A model generated the notes under the pieces. It saw only the letters and a list, made by a program, of their open reading frames with translations. It ran no database searches and was not told the DNA's origin. Below are positions 1-9,426 of a stretch of DNA of 25,479 nt, in pieces. Each line of letters opens with the position of its first letter. Within the stretch, counting starts at the first letter, position 1. The stretch lies in the NCBI GenBank assembly GCA_965369655.1, contig CBDUQR010000038.1, forward strand, positions 1 through 25,479, given 5' to 3'. Both the position numbers and the translations under genes were made by a program. The stretch comes from an uncultured bacterium (lineage in GTDB: Bacteria; Zixibacteria; MSB-5A5; JAABVY01; JAHJOQ01).

Positions 1-38
1 AATAGAATAAAACTCTATCTTCTCGATGTGTCCACTTA

Positions 39-86
39 ATCGGGGGAGGTTCACAGGCTCCGCCTGCGGCGGAACGCCGATCTACT
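39..86 (-). repeat. GTAG-type REP-like palindrome with internal TCCGCC-TGC-GGCGGA hairpin
   Basis: The reverse complement of 54-86 (AGTAGATCGGCGTTCCGCCGCAGGCGGAGCCTG) matches 21055-21087 at 30/33 by manual alignment. It starts with GTAG followed by an imperfect stem. Confidence 0.75.
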
Positions 87-101
87 TGAGAATAGGAGTT
101 A

Positions 102-148
102 TGGGGCAGACCCTTCGAAGCTCAGGACTTTGCGAGGGCGTCTGCCGC
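102..148 (+). repeat. GGCAGAC...GTCTGCC palindromic repeat carrying a 22-nt CCTTCG..CTCAGGA insert
   Basis: Reads TGGGGCAGAC|ccttcgaagctcaggactttgc|GAGGGCGTCTGCCGC. The flanks match the uninterrupted copy at 10321-10345 (minus strand) with one mismatch. Confidence 0.8.
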
Positions 149-208
149 ATATGCTACGCATAGCGGAACAGGGTTGGATGTCAATGGAATCTGAGTGCGC
201 TCGTAATC

Positions 209-237
209 TTGACATCAACGGTATGAATTGCTATATT
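209..237 (+). promoter_or_regulatory. sigma70-type promoter for the rrf2 remnant/iscS/mnmA unit
   Basis: Perfect TTGACA (209-214), 17-bp spacer, TATATT (232-237) preceded by TG (extended -10). Confidence 0.75.
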
Positions 238-247
238 TGGCGGCGTT

Positions 248-416
248 GTGAGTATATCGACTTTGACAAGATACGGTCTGAGGGCGTTACTTGAGATGGC
301 TGGAAATGAACCGACTCCGCTGTCATCTCGGGAAATTTCCCGTCGCCAGAATATGCCGACGACATAACTACAGGACCTGATTGACAACTGGCGAACGAAA
401 AGTGGTCATGGAGGAA
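248..416 (+). pseudogene. Truncated Rrf2-family (IscR/CymR-like) transcriptional regulator remnant
   Basis: Manual translation from GTG 248: MSISTLTRYGLRALLEMAGNEPTPLSSREISRRQNMPTT*(TAA 365-367)LQDLIDNWRTKSGHGG. This matches the Rrf2 N-terminal pattern (ST..RYGLRA(L/M)..LA...P.S..EI..RQ.....YL..L), with the stop at the usual Tyr position. It lies directly upstream of iscS-mnmA. Confidence 0.8.
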
Positions 417-419
417 TGA

Positions 420-1583
420 TTGGAAAAGATATATCTCGATCATAACAGCACGACGCCGACCGACCCGCGCGTGGTCGAGGCAATGCTGCCATACATGAAC
501 GAATTCTGGGGCAACAGTTCGAGCCTGCATCTGTTCGGGCGCGAAGCCCGTCGCGGTCTCGAAGAGTCCCGCGACAAAATTGCATCCTGTCTGAACTGCC
601 GTCCCGACGAAATCTATTTCACATCCGGCGGGACTGAATCGGATAACCTTGCTGTCAAAGGTACTGCGTTTGCCCTGCGCGAAAAAGGAAAGCATATTAT
701 CACGAGCAGCGTCGAGCACCAGGCGATTCTGGAAAGCTGCGAGTTTCTCGAACGCGAAGGATTCGAGGTGACATATCTTCCTGTCGACGAGTACGGCATG
801 GTCAGTTCTGCGGACGTCAAAAAGGCGATCCGCGACGATACAACGCTTGTTTCGATCATGTACGTCAACAACGAGGTCGGTACGATTCAACCGGTCGGCG
901 AAATCGCTGAGATATGCGATGAAAAAGGCGTATACTTCCATACCGATGCTGTGCAGGCTGTGGGGCGGATGCCTGTCGATCTGAAGAAGATACGCGTAAC
1001 GATGATGTCGACTTCAGCGCACAAGATATATGGTCCGAAGGGCGTCGGTATGATCTTCATTCGTACCGGGGCGCATCTGATGCCGTGGCAGACAGGCGGC
1101 CATCACGAGGATGGTCTCAGGTCCGGGACGGTCAATGTCGCCGGTATCGTCGGATACGCGAAGGCGTTGGAGATCGCGGTCTCCGAGATGGACGAGATAC
1201 AGAATCGTGTCGGAACTCTCGCGGAGACATTCCGTATGAAGATCAAGGAATCGATACCTGGCGTGAAGTTCAACGGACATCCGACAGAGCGGGTCAAGAG
1301 CACAGTAAATTTCTGTTTCAATGGTGCGGAGGGCGAAGCGCTGATATTGAATCTTGACATGAAAGGGATAGGGGCGTCATCAGGGTCGGCATGCACATCG
1401 GGATCGACAGACCCATCGCATGTCCTGCTGGCGATGGGCATCGCTCCGGAAGTCGCTCAGAGTTCGGTGAGATTCTCGTTCGGACGCTCGAATACGCTGG
1501 ATCACGTTGAATATGCGGCAATGGTTGTCAAGGAAGTTGTGGAGCGCCTGCGGAGCATGTCTCCGTTCTACGCGGGTTCATGA
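420..1583 (+). CDS. iscS: Cysteine desulfurase, IscS/NifS group I
   Basis: IYLDHNSTT, FTSGGTESDN, HTDAVQ, SAHK (PLP lysine), SSGSACTS (catalytic Cys). TTG start with GGAGGA upstream. Confidence 0.96.
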   Translation: MEKIYLDHNSTTPTDPRVVEAMLPYMNEFWGNSSSLHLFGREARRGLEESRDKIASCLNCRPDEIYFTSGGTESDNLAVKGTAFALREKGKHIITSSVEHQAILESCEFLEREGFEVTYLPVDEYGMVSSADVKKAIRDDTTLVSIMYVNNEVGTIQPVGEIAEICDEKGVYFHTDAVQAVGRMPVDLKKIRVTMMSTSAHKIYGPKGVGMIFIRTGAHLMPWQTGGHHEDGLRSGTVNVAGIVGYAKALEIAVSEMDEIQNRVGTLAETFRMKIKESIPGVKFNGHPTERVKSTVNFCFNGAEGEALILNLDMKGIGASSGSACTSGSTDPSHVLLAMGIAPEVAQSSVRFSFGRSNTLDHVEYAAMVVKEVVERLRSMSPFYAGS

Positions 1584-1608
1584 TACATTACAAAGTGAGT
1601 TGACCTAA

Positions 1609-2709
1609 ATGACGCTGAGAAAAAGAACGGTTGCGGTAGCGATGTCGGGCGGCGTCGACTCGTCGCTGGCTGCAGTGATGCTGAAATACCAGGGATTCGA
1701 GGTGTTCGGCATAACGATGAAACTCTGGAACTATGATGATGTCGGCCTGCCGCAGCTTTCCGACTCGAAATGCTGCTCGGTCGAACTGATCAACGCTGCC
1801 CGCAGGATTTGCGACCAGTACGACATACCGCATCATGTCGTAGATCTCTCTGAAGATTTCCAGGAACACGTGATTGCGAATTTCGTCGATGAGTACATGG
1901 CAGGCAGGACCCCGAACCCATGCGTGATGTGCAACATGAAGATAAAATGGGGTACTCTGATGGACAAAGCTATCGGTATGGGCGCCGAGTATCTTGCAAC
2001 CGGACACTACGCGCGGCTCGAATTCAACAACAAATACAACCGGTATGCTCTGCGAATGGGACTGGATGAAAAAAAGGATCAGTCATATTTCCTGTGGGGA
2101 CTGAGACAGAAAGCCCTGAAGCAAACTATATTTCCGCTGGGGCAGATTACCAAGCGGAGAACTCGCGAGCTGGCGAGACAGTACGGATTGAAAAACTCCG
2201 ACGCTCCCGAATCTCGCGAGATATGTTTCATCCCGGATGATGACTATCGCCGTTTCATGGTCGAGGTCGCCGGAGGTTCAAATGATCCGGGTGATTTCAT
2301 CGACGAGAACGGAGACGTTGTCGGTCAGCACCAGGGCATCGCAATGTATACCATCGGGCAGCGGAAGAAACTCGGTATTGCGCTCGGCTATCCGGCATAT
2401 GTCAAAGCTATCGACGTGAGGAAGAACGTTGTTTATGTCGCACAGGAAGCGGGCGTCAAATCAACAAGATTTACTGTTGACGAAGTCAACTGGGTGTCTA
2501 TCCCAAGACCCTCGGCAACGGTAGACTGCGACGTCAAGATCAGATCGACGGCAAGGCCTGTCCCATGCAAGCTTACGCCCAGCGAGAAGGAAATGTGCAA
2601 GGTGGAACTCCTGATGCCTCTCAAGGCGATTACTCCGGGGCAGTCGGCTGTATTTTACGACCAGGAATTCATCTACGCCGGTGGCGTCGTGCTCTCAGTC
2701 GATGAGTGA
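1609..2709 (+). CDS. mnmA: tRNA-specific 2-thiouridylase
   Basis: SGGVDS PP-loop, TPNPCVMCN, ATGHYAR, KDQSYFL, EICF, YTIGQR, TPGQSAVFY. Confidence 0.97.
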   Translation: MTLRKRTVAVAMSGGVDSSLAAVMLKYQGFEVFGITMKLWNYDDVGLPQLSDSKCCSVELINAARRICDQYDIPHHVVDLSEDFQEHVIANFVDEYMAGRTPNPCVMCNMKIKWGTLMDKAIGMGAEYLATGHYARLEFNNKYNRYALRMGLDEKKDQSYFLWGLRQKALKQTIFPLGQITKRRTRELARQYGLKNSDAPESREICFIPDDDYRRFMVEVAGGSNDPGDFIDENGDVVGQHQGIAMYTIGQRKKLGIALGYPAYVKAIDVRKNVVYVAQEAGVKSTRFTVDEVNWVSIPRPSATVDCDVKIRSTARPVPCKLTPSEKEMCKVELLMPLKAITPGQSAVFYDQEFIYAGGVVLSVDE

Positions 2710-2727
2710 TCCGTCGCTGGATTTTGG

Positions 2728-2758
2728 TTGACAATTAGCATCATCGTGGCTTTATGTT
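2728..2758 (+). promoter_or_regulatory. Possible sigma70 promoter upstream of the hydrolase gene
   Basis: TTGACA at 2728-2733. The best -10 (TATGTT, 2753-2758) is at a suboptimal 19-bp spacing. Confidence 0.35.
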
Positions 2759-2825
2759 TAGACGACGCTTCGGGAACTTCATCTCGCACGTCAGGAATAT
2801 CGAACGCCCTGGCAGGGAGGATTAG

Positions 2826-3500
2826 ATGGCGAAACTCAAATATCTCGGCCATTCATGTTTTATGATTTCGACCGGCGACACCAACCTGATAATTGACCCG
2901 TTTCTGACCGGCAATCCGATGGCGGGGGCGAAGGCTTCCGACGTCAAGGTTGACTATATCCTCGTCACTCACGGTCACGGGGATCATTTTGGTGATACGA
3001 TCGAGATCGCAAAAAGCAATGACGCGACAGTGATCGGACCGAATGAAATATGTGTGTTCTGTCAAAGCAAAGGCCTGAATGCGCACAATATGCACATTGG
3101 TGGCAGTTGGCTGTTCCCGTTCGGGAGAGTGAAGTTGACGATTGCGCATCATGGTTTTTCCGCGGGTGACAATGGTATCGACGGTGGAGGCAATCCGTGC
3201 GGTTTTATCCTCGAAATCGAGGGTAAGAAGATATATCATGCGGGCGACACCGGCCTGTTCCTGGACATGAAGCTTATCGGCGAAGAAGGAATCGATCTGG
3301 CGCTGCTGCCGATCGGCGACAACTTCACGATGGGCATAGATGACGCTGTGAAGGCTGTCGACTTCATCGGGCCGAAGAAGGTCGTGCCGATGCACTACAA
3401 TACATTTGATCTGATCAAGGTCGATGTCGATGAATTCAAGAGCAAAGTCAAAGGCGCCGAATGTGTCGTCATGGCAGTCGGCGATACTATGGACGTTTAG
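2826..3500 (+). CDS. Metal-dependent hydrolase, metallo-beta-lactamase fold (UPF0173-like)
   Basis: LGHSCF, IDPFLTGNP, THGHGDH (HxHxDH), YHAGDTG, LPIGDNFTM, PMHYNTF. GGAGG RBS. Confidence 0.92.
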   Translation: MAKLKYLGHSCFMISTGDTNLIIDPFLTGNPMAGAKASDVKVDYILVTHGHGDHFGDTIEIAKSNDATVIGPNEICVFCQSKGLNAHNMHIGGSWLFPFGRVKLTIAHHGFSAGDNGIDGGGNPCGFILEIEGKKIYHAGDTGLFLDMKLIGEEGIDLALLPIGDNFTMGIDDAVKAVDFIGPKKVVPMHYNTFDLIKVDVDEFKSKVKGAECVVMAVGDTMDV

Positions 3501-3551
3501 GTCGTTCGCGTCAACATCGGCGCGTTTCTTGTAGAGAGATAGAAGGTCGAT

Positions 3552-5984
3552 ATGGCTGTTGGGAAAAGATTCAAAGTTCTGCTCTGGCTGGTCGCGATTG
3601 CAATCGTTCTTATCTTCGTACTTTATGCCGCAGTTGTTGTTCTGCTTCCGAAAGACAAGATTGTTGAGCTTGTCGTCTCCAGAGTCGAGAAAGCCCTGAA
3701 CCGTTCTGTTAGTGTCGGAGATGTTTCCGCCAGGTTCTGGGGTGGAATTGGTCTGAGACTTTCCGATCTCGAAGTGAGGAATCGTGACGGGTTTGACAAA
3801 GTGAACCTGCTCGAACTCGACCATCTCGACGTCGGAGTGAAATTCTGGCCGCTTTTCAGTAAGCGCATCGAGATAACTCAGATTTCATTGACCGGTCTGA
3901 CTGTGAACCTCGAACGCAATCGGGCCGGACTGCTCAATATCGAAGACATCGGACCCTCTACCGGCGAAGGCGTGACGAAGATGGCTCCGGAGAAAGCGGC
4001 GGCTGCAATCCCATTCACGTTCGATGACCTGCGGGTCACTGAATCGGTTCTACACTATGTCGATGATTCCTCCGGGTACTCGCTCAGCTTCTCCGGCATC
4101 GAACTTGAAAGTCGCCTGGTGCCTCTTGACGATCCGACTGTAGTCCGTTCCGAAGGCAGATTGTCGGCGGCAAGTGTCGCGTATTCCGAGAGGGACAAGA
4201 GCTACGAATTACCCGGTATGACAATACTGCTGGTGCACGACGCTTTGTATTATGCCGATGGCGACAGCCTGCGTGTCAACGAACTGAGGTTCGTGCTAAA
4301 TAAGTTGCAGGGCCGAATCGACGGTCGCGTAACTGCTCTGATGACCGACCCGCTGCTCGATTTCGCGTTCAGGACCGACGAACTCAAAATGCAGAAGATT
4401 CTCGACGCGGTGCCGACGGAACTCGTTCCGATGGTCGCGGAAATGACCGGTTCCGGCAAAGTGCATCTGGCGGGCAAGTATTTCGGACTCGCGAGGCTGA
4501 CCCGTACCGCGAGTCTCGAAGCCAAGCTTACAATGCAGGATATCGAAATTGCGCATGAACGATTCAAGGGCAGGCTCGATATGGAGCTTGCGGAGCTTGT
4601 ATTTACGCAGATGAATCTAACGTTCTATTCGGGCAATGCCGAGCTTGCAGGTGAACCGTTGTCGCTGAAAATCATCCTCGACAACATCCCCGACCCGAGC
4701 ATCTCGGCGGAAGTGAACATGAATCTGAATCTCGACGTGATGGAGGAGTTGATCGGAGAAGACAGTGATCTGTCCGGTCGTCTGCTCATCGATGCGACCA
4801 CGTACGGCAAGCTCAATGACGCGGAATCGATCTCCCTGCTCGGTTCAATGGAGTTACAGGATATGGAGTATGCTTCGCCTGACCTCCATACGCCGATCAG
4901 GCGGTGCAATCTGCATGTCGAGTTCCTCGGAAAAGATGCTCGTATTGAGGAATTCAGGACACAGATCGGGGAATCGGATATTCGATTGACCGGCAGCATC
5001 AGCAACCTGTCGCCTTACATTTTCGCGCTTGGCGAAGTGGAGCGCAAACCACTGTTTGTCGGAGATATTCGGTCATCGTATCTCGATCTGGATGCTCTCT
5101 TTGAAGAAACCGACGAGGGAGATTCAGACATGGATACGGCACTGGCGACTGCGCCCGACACTGCGTTCTTTTTCCTCCCCGATTTCGATGCGGAGGGAAG
5201 TTTCGAGATAAACGAAGGTATCTATTCCATGATCGCATTCGAGGATATGAAGGGGAGATTCGAGTTGACGGACTATGTCCTTCATCTCGACAGTGTCGTG
5301 GGAGAAGCATACGATGGGGATGTAGTCGTCTCAGCGGTCATTGACATAGAGGATTTCGAGCGACCAGGCTATCAGGTCGACTATGAGGCGCGCGACATCG
5401 AGGTCAACGAAGCGTTATCACGATTCACTTCATTCGATGATCGTCTGTTTGGCAAAATCGATCTGGTCGGTTCATTTGCGGCGACAGGGATCGAGGAGCA
5501 GGAGATCATTCGGACACTCCGTGCCGCTGGATCGGGCAGGCTGGACAAAGGCAAGCTCGTGAATTTTGATCTCGCCGGAAAGATAGTAGAATCATTCGGC
5601 ACTAAAGTCTCGAAGGAGGAGAAGATTCGCAGCCTTGCCGGTGCATATCGCGTGGTGGATCAGAGAGTCTTCTTCGACGATTTCGCATTTCAGACATCGA
5701 CCGGAGACTGGAACATCACCGGATCGGTAGGATTCGATGGGTCTCTCGATTACCGCGGCAAGGTTATACTTTCTTCCTCTGCGTCTGAGAATCTCGACTT
5801 CCTGGGACCCTTCAAGGACTTTCTCGGAGGCAGCAGCGGCGATATTGTCGTGCCGTTCAGGCTGACTGGCACGTACTCCTCACCTAAGATCTCGCTGGAC
5901 GCTTCACCTGCGACTGGAAATACCGATAAGAGGATCAAGGACGAAAGTCGCAAACTGTTCGACAAGCTGTTCAAAAAGAATTAG
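3552..5984 (+). CDS. AsmA-family membrane-anchored protein (putative inter-membrane lipid bridge)
   Basis: N-terminal single TM helix followed by an AsmA-like start (VEKALNRSVSVGDV...LDVGVKFWPLFSKRIEI...L..L.VNLERN..G..N). The body is beta-rich, with an AsmA_2-like C-terminus (G.VGFDGSLDY...VPFRLTGTYSSPKI). Confidence 0.85.
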   Translation: MAVGKRFKVLLWLVAIAIVLIFVLYAAVVVLLPKDKIVELVVSRVEKALNRSVSVGDVSARFWGGIGLRLSDLEVRNRDGFDKVNLLELDHLDVGVKFWPLFSKRIEITQISLTGLTVNLERNRAGLLNIEDIGPSTGEGVTKMAPEKAAAAIPFTFDDLRVTESVLHYVDDSSGYSLSFSGIELESRLVPLDDPTVVRSEGRLSAASVAYSERDKSYELPGMTILLVHDALYYADGDSLRVNELRFVLNKLQGRIDGRVTALMTDPLLDFAFRTDELKMQKILDAVPTELVPMVAEMTGSGKVHLAGKYFGLARLTRTASLEAKLTMQDIEIAHERFKGRLDMELAELVFTQMNLTFYSGNAELAGEPLSLKIILDNIPDPSISAEVNMNLNLDVMEELIGEDSDLSGRLLIDATTYGKLNDAESISLLGSMELQDMEYASPDLHTPIRRCNLHVEFLGKDARIEEFRTQIGESDIRLTGSISNLSPYIFALGEVERKPLFVGDIRSSYLDLDALFEETDEGDSDMDTALATAPDTAFFFLPDFDAEGSFEINEGIYSMIAFEDMKGRFELTDYVLHLDSVVGEAYDGDVVVSAVIDIEDFERPGYQVDYEARDIEVNEALSRFTSFDDRLFGKIDLVGSFAATGIEEQEIIRTLRAAGSGRLDKGKLVNFDLAGKIVESFGTKVSKEEKIRSLAGAYRVVDQRVFFDDFAFQTSTGDWNITGSVGFDGSLDYRGKVILSSSASENLDFLGPFKDFLGGSSGDIVVPFRLTGTYSSPKISLDASPATGNTDKRIKDESRKLFDKLFKKN

Positions 5985-5996
5985 GCTGCTCCGTAT

Positions 5997-6560
5997 ATGA
6001 TCAGGACGCTTATTGAGGACATCAGGGCGATCTATCGCAATGATCCCGCTGCGCGGAATCTGGAAGTATTCACTTATGCCGGTTTCCATGCGATTTGGAT
6101 GCATCGATTTACCCACATTCTGTGGAACCTCGGAATCCCGCTCATTCCGCGCATAATCTCGCAGATCAACAGATTCCTGACGGGAATAGAAATTCATCCC
6201 GGTGCGAAAATCGGCAAGGGGCTGTTTATCGATCATGGAATGGGAATAGTCGTCGGTGAGACTACGGAGATTGGCGATCACTGTGTGCTTTTTCACAATG
6301 TCACGCTCGGCGGCACGGGTAAACACAAGGCCAAGCGGCATCCGACAATCGGCAGCAGGGTTCATATCGGCACCGGCGCTACGATTCTCGGTCCTGTGAT
6401 TGTCGGTAACGATGTCCTGATCGGCGCAAACGCTTTTATCTTCATGCATGATGTTCCCGACAATTGCACTGTCGTCGGTTCTCCCGGCAAGATCGCTCGT
6501 CTTAAAGATCAGAGGGTTGATCTGATACTTCCCAGGACCGATGACTCGCATCTGCTGTAG
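5997..6560 (+). CDS. cysE: Serine O-acetyltransferase (short CysE/EpsC type)
   Basis: [46 protein letters not shown]...KRHPT hexapeptide repeats. Confidence 0.93.
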   Translation: MIRTLIEDIRAIYRNDPAARNLEVFTYAGFHAIWMHRFTHILWNLGIPLIPRIISQINRFLTGIEIHPGAKIGKGLFIDHGMGIVVGETTEIGDHCVLFHNVTLGGTGKHKAKRHPTIGSRVHIGTGATILGPVIVGNDVLIGANAFIFMHDVPDNCTVVGSPGKIARLKDQRVDLILPRTDDSHLL

Positions 6561-6561
6561 C

Positions 6562-6589
6562 TTGCCACACGATTCAAATTCGATATATT
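6562..6589 (+). promoter_or_regulatory. Possible sigma70 promoter immediately before the peptidase ATG
   Basis: TTGCCA (6562-6567), 16 bp, TATATT (6584-6589). The ATG at 6596 starts 7 nt after the -10 element. Confidence 0.45.
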
Positions 6590-6595
6590 AGACAC

Positions 6596-7528
6596 ATGCG
6601 TTTTCGACTGTCAATCCTGGCGATAACGATAGCACTGATCGCGTGGGGGAGTACCGAGGGTGGCCCGCCTGAGCGGCACAGGGAAGACGGCTACGTTGTC
6701 TATGCTTCCTCAGAAGCCATTGCTGTCGAAACAGAGGAGGTAATAAAGGCAGCGATAGAGGATGCCATTTCTTTGCTTGGTGATACTGTTTCTGAGACCA
6801 TTGCTGTGACGATCGTCGACACGCGCGACGAATTTCGGCGGCAGACTCGCGGAGCCGTTCCCGACTGGGGCGTCGGATGTGCTATCCCGTCCAGGAATGA
6901 GATCGTTGTCCTCTCTCCGCTGGCTTCCGAATATGAGCAGTCGTTCGGGGAGATCGTCCGGCACGAGTGGGCGCATATAGCGCTGAGGCACAAGGTCGGT
7001 CGCGGCTACCTGCCGAGATTCATCGACGAGGGATTTGCGATGAACTTTGCGGATCAGTGGGGTTCGGGGTATGCGGTGACTCTTGCGAAAGCGCAACTCA
7101 CCGGTTCGCTCTTCCCGCTCCAGAATATCGACAGGGTCAATTTCTTCAACAGTTCGCAGGCGCAGATCGCCTACGCGCAATCGCATGCGGCTGTCGCATA
7201 CTTCTATTCAAGCTACGGTGAAAAGACGTTTCTGCTACTGATGGAGGAATTGAGACGCGGCGCGTCGCTCGAACACGCAATGGAGAATACAATCGGAGCC
7301 AGCTTCATAATATTCGAAGAAGAGTACAGGAAATATATCAAGGATAACTATAACTGGTATCTCATTTTTTTTGATATGACATTTTTATGGATTGGACTGG
7401 CGCTTCTGATAGTGTTCGGGTTCCTTCTAAAGAAGAAGAAGGGGCGCGATACCATCAAGCGCTGGGAAGAAGAAGAAAAGTATCAGAGCACAGACTTTGA
7501 TTATGAAGAAGGCGATCCGTGGGATTGA
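6596..7528 (+). CDS. Membrane-anchored peptidase MA-like zinc metallopeptidase (gluzincin type)
   Basis: Signal peptide-like N-terminus, HEWAH (HExxH) followed by PRFIDEGFA (third ligand Glu), AYAQS motif, C-terminal TM helix then a basic/acidic tail. Confidence 0.8.
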   Translation: MRFRLSILAITIALIAWGSTEGGPPERHREDGYVVYASSEAIAVETEEVIKAAIEDAISLLGDTVSETIAVTIVDTRDEFRRQTRGAVPDWGVGCAIPSRNEIVVLSPLASEYEQSFGEIVRHEWAHIALRHKVGRGYLPRFIDEGFAMNFADQWGSGYAVTLAKAQLTGSLFPLQNIDRVNFFNSSQAQIAYAQSHAAVAYFYSSYGEKTFLLLMEELRRGASLEHAMENTIGASFIIFEEEYRKYIKDNYNWYLIFFDMTFLWIGLALLIVFGFLLKKKKGRDTIKRWEEEEKYQSTDFDYEEGDPWD

Positions 7529-8396
7529 GTATCTGCTCGTCCTGATCCTTACCGCCTTTGTCAATTCGCTCGGCGAGCGCGATGCGTTGCGTTTCGGCGC
7601 ATCGCTCGGGGCGTTTCTCCGCCGACTCTCTCCGTATCGCAGCTATGTGGTCATGGAGAATCTCAGGATCTGCGGGCTGTATCAGAGTGATCCTCGGCGT
7701 CTCGATTTGTTTGTTGTCAGGTGCTTTCAGCATCTCGGTATCACCGCCGTTGAGTTGCTCAGGCAAAAGTCGTACTTGGAGGCCGACATCAGGAGCAAAG
7801 TTGTTTTCAGCAAACATGATCAATTGCGGTCAGCCGCAGCTTATGAACGTGGCGTTCTCCTGTTGACTGCGCATATCGGTAATTGGGAGCTTAGTGGTCC
7901 GTACTTGAGTCGACTTGGGTATCCTGTCGATGCTCTCGTCAAACGTCAGAACAATCAGAAAGTGGACAGGCTGATCAACTCGTTCCGTGATACCCAGGGA
8001 GTGGGAATTATCTATACCGACACCGGGCTCAAGTCGTTAATCACGGCGTTCAGGAACAAGCGATTCGTGGGAATCCTTGCTGATCAGTATGGGCGCGCGG
8101 AATCTGAACCGGCGATGCTGTTTGGGTGCGAGACAATGGTTCCGTCGGGTCCTGCGGTCCTGATCGAGAAGTATGATCTTCCGATGGTGTTCGGATTCCT
8201 GCGGAGAGCGAAGAACGGTCGGCACTATCTCTATACCCGGCTCGTTACGGATTGGGATGGGATGAGCAGAAGCCAGATTGTGCAGCTTTATACTAATCTG
8301 ACCGAACGGGCGATCCGTGTCGCTCCCGAGATGTGGCTGTGGACTCACAGGAAATTCAAGAATCTGACCGACTACAAGAGGTCGCGAGGTGATTGA
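7503..8396 (+). CDS. Lipid A biosynthesis acyltransferase (LpxL/HtrB family)
   Basis: HIGNWE catalytic motif, ILADQ, P..W.WTHRKFK C-terminal motif. The start is either ATG 7503 or TTG 7497, and the gene overlaps the upstream one. Confidence 0.88.
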   Translation: MKKAIRGIEYLLVLILTAFVNSLGERDALRFGASLGAFLRRLSPYRSYVVMENLRICGLYQSDPRRLDLFVVRCFQHLGITAVELLRQKSYLEADIRSKVVFSKHDQLRSAAAYERGVLLLTAHIGNWELSGPYLSRLGYPVDALVKRQNNQKVDRLINSFRDTQGVGIIYTDTGLKSLITAFRNKRFVGILADQYGRAESEPAMLFGCETMVPSGPAVLIEKYDLPMVFGFLRRAKNGRHYLYTRLVTDWDGMSRSQIVQLYTNLTERAIRVAPEMWLWTHRKFKNLTDYKRSRGD

Positions 8397-9426
8397 CAAG
8401 AACGCAATCAGGAACGTCGTCGTTCGATTGCCGAACTGGATCGGCGATGCCGTGATGGCGATTCCGGCAGTCAATTCGCTGAAGCGGGAGTTTGGTCGTG
8501 CGTATGTTACGTGTCTCGGTAAGCCCGCAGTGAATCATCTCTACAGGTATAACAGTTGTGTCGATGAACTCCTCGAATTGAAACTGCCCGCAGACAGGCG
8601 CAAACTGAGCGGGATCAAAAAATTCTCCCGAAGCCTGGAAGGCCGTCAATTTGATCTTGGGATTATACTTCCCGATTCGTTTTCGTCGGCGCTGATTTTC
8701 AGACTCGGCGGAGTCGAGCAGACTGTCGGATACCGGTCGGAACTCCGTTCATTCATGTTGACATCCGCGATCAAACCGCCGACTGCAATGATGCACCGCA
8801 GCGAGCGATACATGGAGCTTCTGCGGCGATCAATCGGGATAGAACATTTCGATTCGGATATTTCAGTTGCCGTGTCGGATCGGGAGCGTAACGACGCCGA
8901 TCGTCTGCTTGCCGGATTCGGGAAGTTCGCTGTGATATGTCCTACATCGCGCGCACCGTCGCGGAGATGGGGTCACAGGAATTATTCTTCTCTGATTGCG
9001 GCGCTCGCATCCGATTTTGGACTCGGAATCGTGCTTGCCGGCGCAGTCGATGAAGCCGAGATCATCGATTCCGTCGGCAAATCGACTGGCGTGGAGTACC
9101 TCAATCTGGCACGCGAGAATAACATCCTGTTGTCGATAGAGGTGATGCGCAGGTCCGAGGTTTTCGTCGGCAACGATTCCGGCGCAGCGCATCTCGCGGC
9201 TGCATCCGGGACCAAGGTCATAAGTATTTCCGGCGCCGACAACCCGGACGAGACACGGCCTCTGGCGAGTGTCGGCGCAATCGTCAGGAAACAGATCGAG
9301 TGCGTACCCTGTGTGAAAAACATCTGTCCGCGCAAGGATCATGTCAACGAATGTATGGATATAATTTCGCCTGATGATGTCCTGAGCGCCGTTGAGCGAA
9401 TCCTGAAAATTGAAAAGCATGCCTGA
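8389..9426 (+). CDS. waaF: Lipopolysaccharide heptosyltransferase II (GT9)
   Basis: VRLPNWIGDAVMAIP, LPDSFSSAL, SRRW, VGNDSGAAHLAAA, and C-terminal CxxC..CP...CM. GTG start. Confidence 0.88.
   Translation: MIDKNAIRNVVVRLPNWIGDAVMAIPAVNSLKREFGRAYVTCLGKPAVNHLYRYNSCVDELLELKLPADRRKLSGIKKFSRSLEGRQFDLGIILPDSFSSALIFRLGGVEQTVGYRSELRSFMLTSAIKPPTAMMHRSERYMELLRRSIGIEHFDSDISVAVSDRERNDADRLLAGFGKFAVICPTSRAPSRRWGHRNYSSLIAALASDFGLGIVLAGAVDEAEIIDSVGKSTGVEYLNLARENNILLSIEVMRRSEVFVGNDSGAAHLAAASGTKVISISGADNPDETRPLASVGAIVRKQIECVPCVKNICPRKDHVNECMDIISPDDVLSAVERILKIEKHA

Noticed and set aside
365-367. Programmed read-through or recoding of the TAA in the Rrf2 remnant
   Set aside because: TAA is used as a normal stop elsewhere in the window, and read-through would still give a protein lacking the C-terminal half, ending at 445 inside iscS.
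9298-9357. Four-cysteine cluster at the WaaF C-terminus
   Set aside because: CxxC-x4-C-xn-C is common in GT9 heptosyltransferases and is not unusual.
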